Source: an uncultured Chloroflexia bacterium
GTDB taxonomy: Bacteria; Chloroflexota; Limnocylindria; Limnocylindrales; CSP1-4
Assembly: GCA_963817745.1 (NCBI GenBank)
Contig: CAWFPC010000008.1
Coordinates: 67,009-131,008, forward strand
Reading direction: 5' to 3'
DNA length: 64,000 bases
A program made the translations under genes and the position numbers. The notes below the pieces were generated by a model. That model ran no database searches, had not been told where the DNA came from, and saw nothing but the letters and a program-made list of their open reading frames with translations. This document shows positions 19,871 to 31,486 of the stretch, piece after piece (within the stretch, counting starts at the first letter, position 1; each line of letters begins with the position of its first letter).

Positions 19871-21471
19871 GCGCCCGCCTCACGCGGGCCGACGACGCGC
19901 GTCAGGCCGGAGGCGTCCTGGCCGTCGAGGAAATCGAGGACGTAGCGCTCATCGAGGAGGCGCAGCTCCGCCGGGTCGAGGCGGATCACGTACACGGGAC
20001 GCACGGGCAGGTTGGCGTCGATCACGTCGGTGAGCTCTCCAAGGTGTTCGTCGAGGCGGGTGCGATCGTCGACGATGGCCACGTCCGGCCGTCGACCCTC
20101 GACATGCTGTGCGTACCATAGCGGCGTCGAGTAACTCCACCACGACAGGACCATCGCGTCGGGCGCCATCTCGAGCAGGGCGTTGTCGACCCAGCGCGCC
20201 GCCGTGTCGTCCCGCGACCGGTCCACGCGGGCGTGGCGGGCCTCCAGCGCCAGGGCGGTCGGAGCGAGCAGGATCACCGCGAGGGCCACGGCGAGCAGCA
20301 CCTGCGCGGCGTCGGGGCCACCGCTGCGCACCCTCGCGGGCCACCCGCGCTTCCTCGTCGCTGGTGGGGTCGGCCCCGAGCGCCGCGCCGACCGCGTCGA
20401 TCGCGAGCGCGCCGAGGATCGCCAGCCAGGTCCAGCCGATGAAGACCGGCACGAGGTAGTAGCGCTCGATATCGGCGTTGGTGTAGGACGCCGCGAAGAA
20501 GCAGGTGATCAGGGCGGCCGAGCCGGTCAGCAGGGCGTAGCGGGGCCGGCGGAGGATCGCCGCCACGAGGCCGAGCGGGACGAGCGCGGCGAGCGGTCCG
20601 AACGCCACGACAGCGCGGTTCGCGAGGTCGGCGAGCTTGCCGCTGAGGTCGCCGAACGGATCCACGAGACTGCCGCGGAACTGCTCGGCGAGGACGATGT
20701 ACCAGAACCCGTCCCAGGTCTGCGGCGTGCCGTACACGAGCGGTGCTCGGAACGGTCCGGCGCGCAGGGGCAGCTCCAGGAAGACGAGCACCACGGTGAT
20801 CGCCAGGGCGCCGGCGCAGGTGGCCACGAATCGCGGGCGACGCACGATCCCGGGCTCCACGGCCACGACGTACAGCGCGACCGGGAGTGCGAGGAGGAGC
20901 GTCAACGAGTGATTGCCGACGGCCAGCCCGAACACGACCGCCGCAGCGACAGGAATCGTTCGGCGCGGCGCGTGCCGGCAGTGTCGGTCGTGTCGCCCAT
21001 GCCCGCCGGGCCGGTCCCGCCGGTCGCGCGAGCGTCCTCCCAGGCCACGAGCAGGCGCACCAGGACGACGACGAGCAGCAGGTGGAGCGCGTGTGCCTCC
21101 GCATGCGTGCCGATGGACCACACGACCTCGGTGAAGGCCAACCCGAGCCCCGCCACCACGCCGAGCACCGTGGACCGCGTCAGGGCCCGGACGAGATCGA
21201 CCGTGATCCCGGCGGCCGCCGCGACGCACAGCGCCGCCAGGAGGTTCATCCGGAGCGCCGGCTCGCCGAAGGGCGACAGGACGATCGATGCGAGCCACGC
21301 CAGCAGCACATACGTCGGATACCCGGTGGGATGGGCGGTCCCCATGAGCGGGCCGACCACCTGCAGCTCGCCGGTGTCCCAGAACCCAACGCCCGGCATC
21401 AGCGCGACGCGCACGCCGATGAAGGCGACGATCGCGACCGCGACCGCCGGGATCGATCGTCGCGGATTCAC
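19867..21471 (-). CDS. DUF2723 (TMEM260-like) polytopic membrane protein, putative GT-C mannosyltransferase; frameshifted
   Basis: WDTGELQVVGPLMGTAHPTGYPTYVLLAWL motif plus multiple TM helices, spread over three overlapping frames (ORFs 20902-21516, 19949-21298, 19867-20331). Confidence 0.6.
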
Positions 21472-21475
21472 GACC

Positions 21476-22925
21476 TCACCACCCGAGCAGCACGCCCCAC
21501 GCCACGCCCCATGCATTGACGGCCACGGAGATGATCACGAGGCCGATGCCGAGCGGCATGGCCCAGCGGCGGCCACCCGCGACCAGGGCCTCGAACCCGA
21601 TGGCCACGAGGAGCAGGGCGAACGGCACGGCGTCGTTGCTGAACCGATAGCCGAACTGGACCCAGCCCTGGCTGAAGTGCATCAGGTTGACGATGACCAC
21701 GGCCAGGACCGCGAGCACCGCGCCGCTGACGAGCCGGCTCTGGCCGTAGCGACGGAGCGCCGGGATCAGCAGCAGGAACGCGGGGCTCGTCAGGAGCACG
21801 CTCGTGCCGATGTCGCGTGGCACGGCGAGCGGACAGTCGATATCGAATAGGCCACGTGCGGCGCCAGGTTCGGTGCACACCGGGTCGTCGTGGACCCCCA
21901 GTGAGTCGGGCAACGCCGTCGGGAACACGTCGGGCAGGGCGAGGAACATGATCGCAGCGTTCTGGGGCAGGTAGCGCGGATCCTCGACGGACCACGACGG
22001 CTCGTAGCCGAGGGCCGTGTAGGCGCGTGACTCGAGCTGGTAGAGGTAGTCGTAGGCCGGATGCAACGGATGCCCGGCCGTCACGAGGTTGTAGCCGAGC
22101 AGCAGCGCGACCGGGATGACCGCCCCGAGCCCGGCGGACCAGCTCCGCCGCCACCACGTCCCACCCGCGCCCACGAGCATGAAGAATGGAGCGGCGAAGA
22201 CCACGGTCAGTCGTGCGGTGCACGCGAGTCCGAACAGCAGGCCGATCAGGAACTGGCGCCGATCGATCGCCAGGCGGGATCGCCACGGCGTGGGGGCGGC
22301 GAGCGCGTCGGCGTCGACAGGGTCATGCGGCGCGTCGGTGCCTGCATCGACCTCGTCGTACGGCGGCTCGTCATCGGCTGCCGCAGGGTCCGCACGGATC
22401 GCGAGACCGACGGCGAGCATCGTCAGGCCGACGGCAACGATGTGCGCCTGGTACCACGTCGTGGCGAGCTGGGCGGTGTACCAGAAGACCGTCCCGAAGG
22501 CGAAGAAGATCGTCGTCGCGAGCCGCACCGGCGCTCGGACCGGGAGCCGACCGAGCATCCACCAGCAGATCGCGACGTCCGCCGCGGCAAGGATCGTGAA
22601 CAGCGTCTGATCGTCGGTGGCGAGACCCCAGATCGCCACGAACGGGACGAGCAGCAGCGCCGGGAGGGGCGGGAAGGGGAGCAGGCCGCGCGACACGCCA
22701 TCGGGTCGATACGACAGGCAGGACGTCCTGGAAGAAGGCGTTGCCGAACGAACCCGCCGTCCCGGCGACCGGGTAGCGGATCGCCGCGTGGCCCTCGAGG
22801 AATGCCGCGGCCTGCCACACGAAATGGTCGTAGTAGCGGTCGGTCCGGGTCGCGAGGTAGATCGAGCCGGCCGCCACGGCCAACAGCACGCCGGCGAGGA
22901 TGACCAGCCGGCGCTCCGTCCGGGC
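21476..22925 (-). CDS. GT-C-fold membrane glycosyltransferase (PMT_2 / ArnT-like); frameshift near 22680
   Basis: About 12 TM helices. N-terminus MDARTERRLVILAGVLLAVAAGSIYLATRTDRYYDHFVWQAAAFLEGHAAIRYP lies in one frame and the body (...LLPFPPLPALLLVPFVAIWGL...) in another. Confidence 0.55.
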
Positions 22926-22997
22926 ATCGAGCCACCCGTCCGCCGCGGGGTCCGCCGGGCGACCCTGTGCTACGCTCCGATCCACCTTCCCACGCTC

Positions 22998-24488
22998 ATG
23001 CAGGAGCCGCTTATCCCGGTGACTGGCCCCGTACCCGGTGGGTCCGAGCGAGGCACGGGCGCGCCGTCGCGGTCGACCGGGACGCAGGGAGCCGTTGGCG
23101 CGATCCTGATCATCCTCGCGCTCGGGCTCGCCCTCCGCCTCATCATCGCATACCTGCTCCCAGGCTCCGGGTTCGAGGTCGACCTCCAGGCGTTCCGCTT
23201 CTGGGCGCACAACCTCGCCACGGAAGGCCTGCACGGCTTCTACGAGCGCGATTTCTTCCACGACTACACGCCCGGCTACCTGTACGTCCTGTGGCTGGTC
23301 GGCCTGGCCGCGCAGGCGATGGAGAGCGGGGTCGGCGATCTGATCAAGATCCCGCCGATCCTCGCCGACCTCGCGATCGGGTGGCTCGTCTGGTCGATGG
23401 TCCGCGAGCTGGGTGGGCGCGATCGCCTCGCCCTCGCTGCCGGCGCGGTCGCGGTCTTCAATCCGATCTCGTGGTTCGACAGCGTCGTGTGGGGGCAGGT
23501 CGATGCCTTCGGGGTCGTCTTCGTCCTGCTCGCGTTGCGAGAGCTCTGGCGTGACCGCCCGGAACGCGCGGCGATCTTCACGGTCATCGCCGCGATCATC
23601 AAACCGCAGCTCGGCATCCTGGTCCTGCTCGTCGCGGTCGTCACGATCCGGCGGGCTCTGTGGCCGACCGGCGGCGGTGGACGGCAGGTCAGCGCGCAGC
23701 CGTGGCGGATCGTGACGACCGGTCTCGCAGGCTTCCTCACGGCGGTCGTCGTGTGCCTGCCGTTCGGGCTGTCGGTCATCGAGTTCACCGCGGAGGCGCC
23801 CTTCGTGCGCTCCGGCCTCGTCGAGCAGATCGCCGTGGCGGGTGGCGGCTACCCGTACGTGACCGTGAACGCGTACAACCCCTGGGCGTTGATCCCCTCC
23901 GAGACCGGCGAGACGCTGGCCAACGCCGGCGCCTGGGTGTGCGATGCGGCCGGGATGCCGGCTGCCACCTGCGGCGCCGGCGTCGCGGTGTTCGGCGCCA
24001 TCCCGGCGGTCGTCCTGGGCGCCGTCCTGCTGGTCCTCGCGATGGGGCTGATCCTGTGGATCGCGGCACGCCACCCCGACCGGCTGACGCTGCTGGTCGC
24101 CCTCGCGCTGCTCGCCCTCGCCTTCTTCGTCGTCCCGACGCGCGTCCACGAGCGCTACGGCTTCCCGTTCTTCGCCATGGGGGCGATCCTCTTCGCCGTG
24201 TCCGGTCGCTGGCGGATCGCGTACGTCGTCCTGTCGATCGCGACGTTCGCGAACATGTACGTCGTCCTGACCACGCTCTACCCCGACAACCCATCGGTCG
24301 AGGATTGGCTCGGGATCGGCGGTCTCCTCCGCTCCGAGCTCGGCGTGACGACGGTCGCCCTGGTCCACGGTGCCGTCTTCATCTGGGGCGCTGGCGCAGC
24401 TCCGCGATCGGGGCCCGGCAACGGCTGGCCGACGAGCTCGTCGCTGCCAGCGGCCCGATCCGGCGCGATGGCCGGCGGGCCGCGCTGA
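22998..24488 (+). CDS. GT-C-fold membrane glycosyltransferase (DUF2029/GT87-like mannosyltransferase); C-terminus uncertain
   Basis: MQEPLIPVTG..., polytopic, with RLIIAYLLPGSGFEVDLQAFRFWAHNLATEGLHGFYERDFFHDYTPGYLYVLWLVGL. Transcribed divergently from the three minus-strand glycosyltransferases. Confidence 0.55.
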   Translation: MQEPLIPVTGPVPGGSERGTGAPSRSTGTQGAVGAILIILALGLALRLIIAYLLPGSGFEVDLQAFRFWAHNLATEGLHGFYERDFFHDYTPGYLYVLWLVGLAAQAMESGVGDLIKIPPILADLAIGWLVWSMVRELGGRDRLALAAGAVAVFNPISWFDSVVWGQVDAFGVVFVLLALRELWRDRPERAAIFTVIAAIIKPQLGILVLLVAVVTIRRALWPTGGGGRQVSAQPWRIVTTGLAGFLTAVVVCLPFGLSVIEFTAEAPFVRSGLVEQIAVAGGGYPYVTVNAYNPWALIPSETGETLANAGAWVCDAAGMPAATCGAGVAVFGAIPAVVLGAVLLVLAMGLILWIAARHPDRLTLLVALALLALAFFVVPTRVHERYGFPFFAMGAILFAVSGRWRIAYVVLSIATFANMYVVLTTLYPDNPSVEDWLGIGGLLRSELGVTTVALVHGAVFIWGAGAAPRSGPGNGWPTSSSLPAARSGAMAGGPR

Positions 24489-24744
24489 TCGACGCCGCGG
24501 GATCCGGGTCGCCGCCGGCCGAGGATCGGACGTGACCGGCATCGTCACCGCTGCCCGAGCCGTCCCCGCCGTCGCCCGCCGTGGTCGGCGATCGCGAGCG
24601 GGGCTGCCGGGGCTGGGTCGAGCATGCGCCGTGTCGGCTCCGCTGGCGCTGGTGCCCGCGCCCGCCGGATCTGCCGGATCCGCCGCGGCCGTGTCCGGCG
24701 CGTCGGCCGCGACGATCGCCGCCGCGCCGGCGCCGATCGTCCGG

Positions 24745-27700
24745 ATGCCCAGCTGGGCGCCGACCACGACCTTCGCCGACCTCGGATTCGTCGGCTGGTT
24801 CCGCGCTCGCTTCCGCGATCAACCGATCCGGCCCGACCGCAGCCGGCTGCTCGTCGGCGAGCGTGGCGGCCGCTTCGACCGCCTCGACGTGTGGATCCTC
24901 ATCGTCCTCCTGCTGGCCACGTTCGGCCTTCGCCTGTTCCGGCTGGCGGAGCCCTACCAGATGCACTTCGACGAGGTCTATCACGCACGGACCGCGACCG
25001 AGTTCCTGCAGTCGTGGCGCTACGGCATCGACAAGGAGATCTACGAATGGACGCATCCGCACCTGGCCAAGTACGCGATGGCGGGCGGGCTCGTCCTCTG
25101 GGGCGCGGACCATGTCGATGGCGAGAGCGAGCTCGGCGTGCCGGCACGCGCGGCCATCATCGAGCCACGCCGCGACGATCCCGAGGCGCCCGGCGACCGC
25201 GCCGGTGAGCGTCTCCATATCGCGACCGGCGACGAGATCCGGACCTTCGACCTGCGCACCCGCGAGCACGTCGGCACCATCGCGGCGGTCGGCTCGTCGG
25301 CGCTCGCCTACGACCAGGAGGCGCTCCAGCTCGTCGTCGGCTTCGATGACGGACGCATCGGCACCAGCGGCGTCGAGGGACTGTTCGCGGATGCGGCGTC
25401 GGGTGCCGTCCTCGACGACATCGCCGACCTTGCGGTCGTGGACCACCCGGTCCGGCACCTGCTGGTGGCCGACGGCGGGGCCACGATCATCGCCGCCTCG
25501 GACGACCAGCTGACGGCCGTCGACAGCGAGACCGGCGAGGTCCTGTTCACCGAAGGCGATGGCCGGGATCGCCGACCTGTCGGCGGGAGGCACCGGGGCG
25601 ACCATCGTGGCCGATCCGGCGGCCGTCGAGGATCCGGCGGCGGTCGCGGCACGCCTCGCCGAGATCACCGAAGGCGACGCCGCCGACCTCGAGGCGCGCC
25701 TGACGGAGGGCACCGGCGCGCAGGTCGTGCTCGGCATCCCGGGTGACAAGCTGACCCGCACCGAGCTCGACACCGCGCTGGAGGCCGGCGAGCTCGACGG
25801 GCGTCGACATCGTCGATCTCCCGCGGGTCGCCGTCGCGATGGCGGACGGCGTCACGTTCATCGATCCGACGACGGGCGGGGTCATGACCAGCATCGCGAT
25901 GGCCGGCGGCGCGCACGGGATGGCGATGATCCTGGACATCGGCGATCCGAAGCTGTACGTGACCGCCGGCGACACCGTCGAGCCGCGGTACGAGGTCGTC
26001 GCCGTCGGTGGCGACTCGGCCGTGGACGGACCCCGACACCTGCGGGCGAACACGTTGCCCGGTCTCGGCAGCCGCGTCGCGTACGACGACGCGAGCCAGC
26101 AGGTCCACATCCTGGGCCACGTGCCGGACGGCGGGGCCGACAGCCCGTGGACGGTGTATGTCATCGAGCCGCACGCGGAGGACGCGGTCTACGCGGATGC
26201 GGCCCTGCCGGTCGAGATGGAGCCGACGGCCTGGGCCATGGACGTGGAGGCGCGCTACGCCAGCGACGACCGCCAGCAGCTGCTCGTGTTCGGCGCGGAC
26301 GGCGCCAACGTGAGCATCGACGTCGGCTCGCACGCGTTCGCCTGGCGTCTGCCGGGCGTCATCGCGGGCGTGCTCATGGCCGCCTGCCTGTACCTCCTCG
26401 CCCGGATCCTGTTCCGGCGGCGGCTCGTCGCGGGGATCGTCGCCGCGCTCGTGCTGCTCGACGGGATGCTCTTCGTCCAGTCGCGGATCGGGATGAACGA
26501 CGTCTACGTCGGGCTGTTCATCATGGCCGCGTACACGGTCTTCGCCGCGGTCTGGACGGGCTGGTGGCGCGGCCGGTCCGCGTTCTGGGTGGCGATGCCG
26601 GTGATCGGCGTGCTGCTCGGTCTCGCGCTCGCATCGAAGTGGGTCGCGGCCTATGCCATCGGGGCGCTGGTGCTGTTGCTGCTCGCCCGCAGCGCCCTCG
26701 GTCGGGCGGTCGCGATCCTGGGGCTCATCGGCATCACGAGCGTCCTCGGCTACATGGCGATCAGCGTCCCGGAGGGGGAGGGGATCGGCAACCTGACGTT
26801 CCTGATCATCATGGTCGGGCTGACGCTGGTGGCGACGGTGGTCAACGTCCTCCATCCGGTCGCCTGGTCCGATGACGAGATGCGCTTCGCGCTGCTCGCA
26901 CCGGCGGCGCTCGGGTGTCCTCGTGTTCTTCGGGGCGCTCGGGACCGGTCAGCTCGATCGCGAGATCGTGCTCGGCCCGGTCACGGTGACCCCGCTGCTC
27001 GTCGGCCATCGCCCTGTCGGCGGGCTCGCTCGTCGTCTACGCGATCTTCTGGGCGAGCGGCCGGGTGGGGTTCGGGCCACTCGCGCCGCCGCCCGGCTCC
27101 GGACGACCCGATCCGCCTGCTGGAGCCGCCCGAGCCCTGCCCCGACGGCTGGCTGCGGCCGGGCTGGCTCGCCGGGCTGCCCGTGGTCTGGGCCGCCGCG
27201 TGCCTCCTGGTCGTCCCGATCGTGGTCTACGTCGTCTCGTACATCCCGTGGGCGCTGCATCGAGAACCACCAGCTCTGGGAGGGCTGGCCGGCCGGTCAC
27301 GACGGGCAGACGCTCCTGGCCCTGACGCAGCAGATGTACGGCTACCACAACGGGTTGTCCAGCGCGCACGCGGCGTCGTCGCCGTGGTGGGCGTGGCCGT
27401 TCGATCTGAAGCCCGTCTGGTTCTACCAGGACAGCTTCGCCGGGAACACGAGTGCCGCGATCTACGATGCCGGCAGCCTCGTGATCTGGTGGTTCGGGGT
27501 CGCGGCGATCGCCTTCGCCTCGATCATGGCGTACCGCCGCAAGAGCCTCGCCCTGGCGCTCATCACGGTCGGCTTCGCCGCCCAGTGGATCCCGTGGGCC
27601 CGGATCGATCGCGCCGCGTTCCAGTACCACTACTACACCGCCCTGCCGTTCCTGATCCTGGCCCTCGCCTACCTCGTCGCCGAGCTGTGGCACGGCGCGT

Positions 27701-28520
27701 CGCGCCGGACGTGGGCGATGGCCAGGATCGCGGCGGCCGTCGCGATCATCGCCCCGGCGGCGATGTGGCTGTTCTCACGGCCGCTGTGCGCGTTCGTGGA
27801 GGTCACATCGGTCAACCCGGGTTCGCAGGCGTGTCCGGCCGTGATCCCCGAGGCGGTCATCACCGTCCGCACGATCGGGCTGCTCGTCGTCGTGTTGATC
27901 GGGGCGATCGCGCTGATCCGGGCCGTGCTCGCGCTGCAGCGGCCCCCCGATCCCGATGCGCTCGACGCGGGCGGCGTGACCGCGGGTGGGCTGCGCTCGC
28001 TCGTCATCTCGGCGATCGGTGTGGCGATCGGGTTCGCCGCGGTCGCGCTGCTCCCGGACACCGCGGTCCTGACGTTGACCAGCATCCCGGTCGAGCCGAT
28101 CGCGCTCATCGTCGGCCTGCCGCTGGCGCTACCTCGCGCTGCAGGTGTTCGCCTCGCGCGACGCCCGCCGATTCGTCACGGGCTACATGGTGGCCGTGGT
28201 GGGCTGGTTCGTCGATCGTGTACCCGAACATCTCGGCGCTGCCGCTGCCGTCGGCCGTCGTGAACGCGTACCAGGGCCTGCTGCCGACCTACCTGTACGC
28301 GTTCCAGTTCCCGGTGAGCACGGCCAGCCGGGCGGTGCCCGACCCGCTGCTCAGCCCCACGCTGCTGATCCTCGCCGCGGGGATCACGGTGACCTGTCTC
28401 GTGCTCGCCTACTCCGCGTGGGTCTGGCGGCTGGCACTCGCGGAGTCGAAGGCACCGACCGGCTCCGAGGCGGGCGAGGCGGACACGCCCGACGGTCTCG
28501 CGCGCAGCGGCGGCGCCTGA
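24745..28520 (+). CDS. Giant (~1250 aa) PMT-family (GT39) protein O-mannosyltransferase with a ~430-aa beta-propeller-like insertion in loop 1 and a C-terminal 4TMC-like region; at least 4 frame changes
   Basis: TM1 and loop-1 motifs HFDEVYHARTATEF / THPHLAKY. Then repeated ~40-aa blade-like units (…LVVGFDDGRIGTSGV…LLVADGGATIIAASDDQLTAVDSETGEVLF…YVTAGDTVEPRYEVVAVGG…). Then the PMT core (LLDGMLFVQSRIGMNDVYVGLFIMAAY) and the 4TMC-type segment (SSPWWAWPFDLKPVWFYQD). Frames switch near 25560, 25840, 27240 and 28150. Confidence 0.6.
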
Positions 28521-28529
28521 GGGATCGTC

Positions 28530-29673
28530 GGCCGCGAAACCGCTCGGCAGCGTGCCGTTGGCCGCCAGGCGACGGATGACGAAGCCGTAGTACTCCTCGA
28601 CCTTGGCGGTGACGCGCGGCCAGCTGAACTCCTCCGCGCGCGCCTGGCCCGCGGCGCCCATCTGCTCGCGGAGCGCCGGGTCGCGCAGCAACCGATCGAT
28701 CGCGATCGCCAGCGGCCGCGGCTCGCGCGGCGGCACGAGCATGCCCTCGCGGTCACGACGCACGACGCCCTTGTAGCCGTGGATGTCCGACGCGACGATC
28801 GGGGTCCCGGCGGCCATCGCCTCGAGCAGCACGATCCCGAACGACTCGCCGCCGGTCGCCGGGGAGGCGTACACGTCGGCCGTCCGGAAGAGCTGGGCCT
28901 TCTCGGCGTCCGACACGCGTCCCAGGAACTCGACCTCCTGCAGCCCGCGGGTCGCGACGTAGCGCCGCGCCTCGCGCTCCTGCGGCCCGGAGCCCACGAC
29001 GAGGAGCCGCGACCCGGAGCCGGTCTTGCGCAGGATCCGGTGCGCCTTGAGCAGCGTCAGCAGGCCCTTGCGCGGCTCGTGCCGCCCGACGAACAGGACG
29101 TTGGGCGTGCCGTCCTGCCAGCGGGCGATCGGGACCGCGTTCGCGTAGCGCGCGATATCGACGCCGTTGGGGATGACCTTGTAGTCGCCGGGGAAGAACC
29201 GATCGATGAAATGCCGCGCCGCGGCGCTCACCGCGATGCGGCCGTGGAGCCGGCCCGGCGTACCCGCGCAGGGCCCGGCTGCCGAACTCGTACGACGGCG
29301 AGAAGCCCGCGAACGCGTGGAACGTGGCGATGTTGACGCTGGTCGATTCGCGCAGCAGGAACAGCGACAGGAACGGGATGAACGGCTCGTGGAAGTGCAG
29401 GACGTCGAACCGTTCGCGCTCCAGCATGTCGCCGATCTGGCCGAGGTAGCGCGGCGAGAACGTCAGCGTCCCGACGGACGCGTTGATCGGCACGGAGAAC
29501 CCGACGCCGAGCCGGATGATGTCGCCCTCGGACGAGCGCTGCGGTCCGTGGCTGGCGGTGATGATCCGGACGTCGTGGCCGCGCAGGCGCAGGTTCTCGT
29601 ACAGGTAGCGGACGTGCTGCGCGACCCCGCCGTTCTCGGGGTAGATGTACGGGCAGACGAGACCGATCTTCAT
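28530..29673 (-). CDS. GT4-family glycosyltransferase, PimA-like mannosyltransferase; frameshift near 29230, 3' end approximate
   Basis: N-terminal half MKIGLVCPYIYPENGGVAQHVRYLYENLRLRGHDVRIITASHG. C-terminal half has GRHEPRKGLLTLLKA...ASPATGGESFGIVLLEAMAAGTPIVASDIHGYKGVV, the GT4 EX7E region. As read, the ORF would run antisense into the PMT gene, so the true stop is probably near 28530. Confidence 0.7.
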
Positions 29674-30508
29674 GCGTCGTCCAGCCGGTCGGTGCGCCGC
29701 GGCCGGCCCCGCGGGCTCGTAGCGCGGCGGTCGCACGCGCCCACCCGGGTAGCCGTGGTCGCGCCCGGTGCCGTCCCGCCGCAGCCGGCCGCCGACCTCG
29801 TCGCGTGCATCCAGCGCGCGTTTGCGCAGCTGCCGCCCGAACACCCCGACCTGGCCGGCCGTGCCGTGGAACGAGCCACCGTGCGTCGTCGCGCCCGTCT
29901 CGATCGCCCGCCGAAGGTCGGCCGCCGTCCGGCCGTCGAAGGTCGTCCAGCCCGCTGCCGATCGCGTCGAGGGCGTGGGCGTCGCTGTTCCCGACCCGCG
30001 CCAGGCCATGCTGCTCGGCGAAGCGCACGACGCGCGCGTGCCATGGGCGCCCGAGCGCGGTCGGGTTGAACGCCTCGATCGCGTCGGGGTGGACGTCGGG
30101 ATCCGGGTCGTCGAGCAGGCGGCGGATGACCCAGCCCTGGGCGCACAACGGGAACGGGACGAGCGGATGCGCCGGGATCGCGAGCCCGCCGGCCGCATGC
30201 ACCGCGGCGATCGTCGAACGCAGCGAGCGGTACGGCCGGATCGGACGATCGAGGTAGAGCGCCAGCAGGTGCCCGCCCAGGGTCGTCACCTCCTCGCCGA
30301 CGACGACCTCCACGCCGAGCCCGCGATCGGCCGCGATCGCCTGCGCGGCGAGGGCCGCATCGATCCGTTCGTGGTCGGTGATGGCGATGACGTCGAGGTC
30401 GCCGCGGGCCGCGACGTGGTCCAGGATCGCGACGACGTCGGCGGTCCCGTCGGACGCGACGGTGTGGATGTGGAGATCGGCCCGGCCCGGGCGGTCGGGG
30501 TCGCTCAT
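29670..30508 (-). CDS. PHP-domain metal-dependent phosphoesterase (TrpH/YciV-like)
   Basis: MSDPDRPGRADLHIHTVASDGT...IAITDHE...GNSDAHALDAIGSG. After a late frame change the +2 frame ends ...RLDDA* with TGA overlapping the pimA-like ATG (ATGA). Confidence 0.7.
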
Positions 30509-31483
30509 GCGACGCGGGCCTCCGGCGCCGCTGCCGGCGCCTCCGCCTCGGCCGCCTCGAGATCGGGCCAGATCGGGAAGAAGACCGCCCACCACTGCTC
30601 GGGCGCGTCCTCGACGATGCGCTCGAACGCACGGGCGATCGCCTCGGTCGTCGCGGTGACCCGTTCGCGGCGCTTGCCGTCGAGCGGGATGGCGATGGGC
30701 TCCAGCCGACCGCGATAGCGACCCCGACCGGCTCGCCGCACGCCGACGACGTACGCCCTGCACGTCGGCCTCGACCGCGAGCATGGCGGGCCCAAGGGGG
30801 AGCGCGGCCGGGGCGCCGAACAGCGTGGTCAGCGTCCCGCCGCCGGTGAGGTCGCGATCGCCGACCAGGCCCACGCTGCTGCCCGCCCGCAGCGCCGCCA
30901 GCAGCTCGCGGCGCGCCGCGCGGAGACCCACGATGCGGACGCCCGCGGCCCCGCGGGTCCGCACGAACCAGTCCTGCAGCCCCTGGTCGTCGATCAATTC
31001 CATCGGCGCGACCGCGCCCCCGACGCGACTCGCGAGCAGCAGCGCGGGCAGCTCGATCGCCCCGAAATGGAGGCCGACGAAGATGACCGGGCCGCCGCTG
31101 AAGGCCGCGTCGACGACGTCCGGCGTCTCGACGAGCATGAGGCGGTCGATGTCGCCTGGTCCCAGCGCCGGGGTGCGGGCGACCTCGAGGTAGTACAGCG
31201 CCGCGTGGCGGAATGCCCGTTTGACGAGTCGCTCCAGGGCTCGTGGGTCCGTCGCCGCGGCGCGGGCCGCCGCCGACCCACGCTCTCGCGCGGCGAGGTC
31301 GACCGCGACCCGGCGCAGGTTCCGGCGCGCCTGTGCCGCGCGATCGGGTGCGAACCGGTACCAGGCGTCGCCGGCGAGCTCCGCCGCACGGATGAGCGGC
31401 GCCTCGGGCAGGTGGCAGACGAGCCACGACCCGCCGATCAGCAGGCGACCGCGCAGCCACGAGCCCACGCCGCGCCGGGTCAT
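30505..31483 (-). CDS. LPLAT-family acyltransferase, PatA/HtrB-like (copy 2)
   Basis: MTRRGVGSWLRGRLLIGGSWL...VIFVGLHFGAIELPALLLA (HX4D-type motif)...PIAIPLDGKRRERVTATTEAIARAFERIVEDAPEQWWAVFFPIW. Frameshift near 30795. Confidence 0.65.
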
Positions 31484-31486
31484 GGC

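Noticed and set aside
28753-30198. Apparent in-frame PHP-phosphoesterase::GT4 (PimA-like) fusion with no stop before MKIGLV
   Set aside because: The +2 frame of the PHP C-terminus terminates with TGA overlapping the GT4 ATG (ATGA). A late single-base indel in PHP explains the read-through better than a true fusion.
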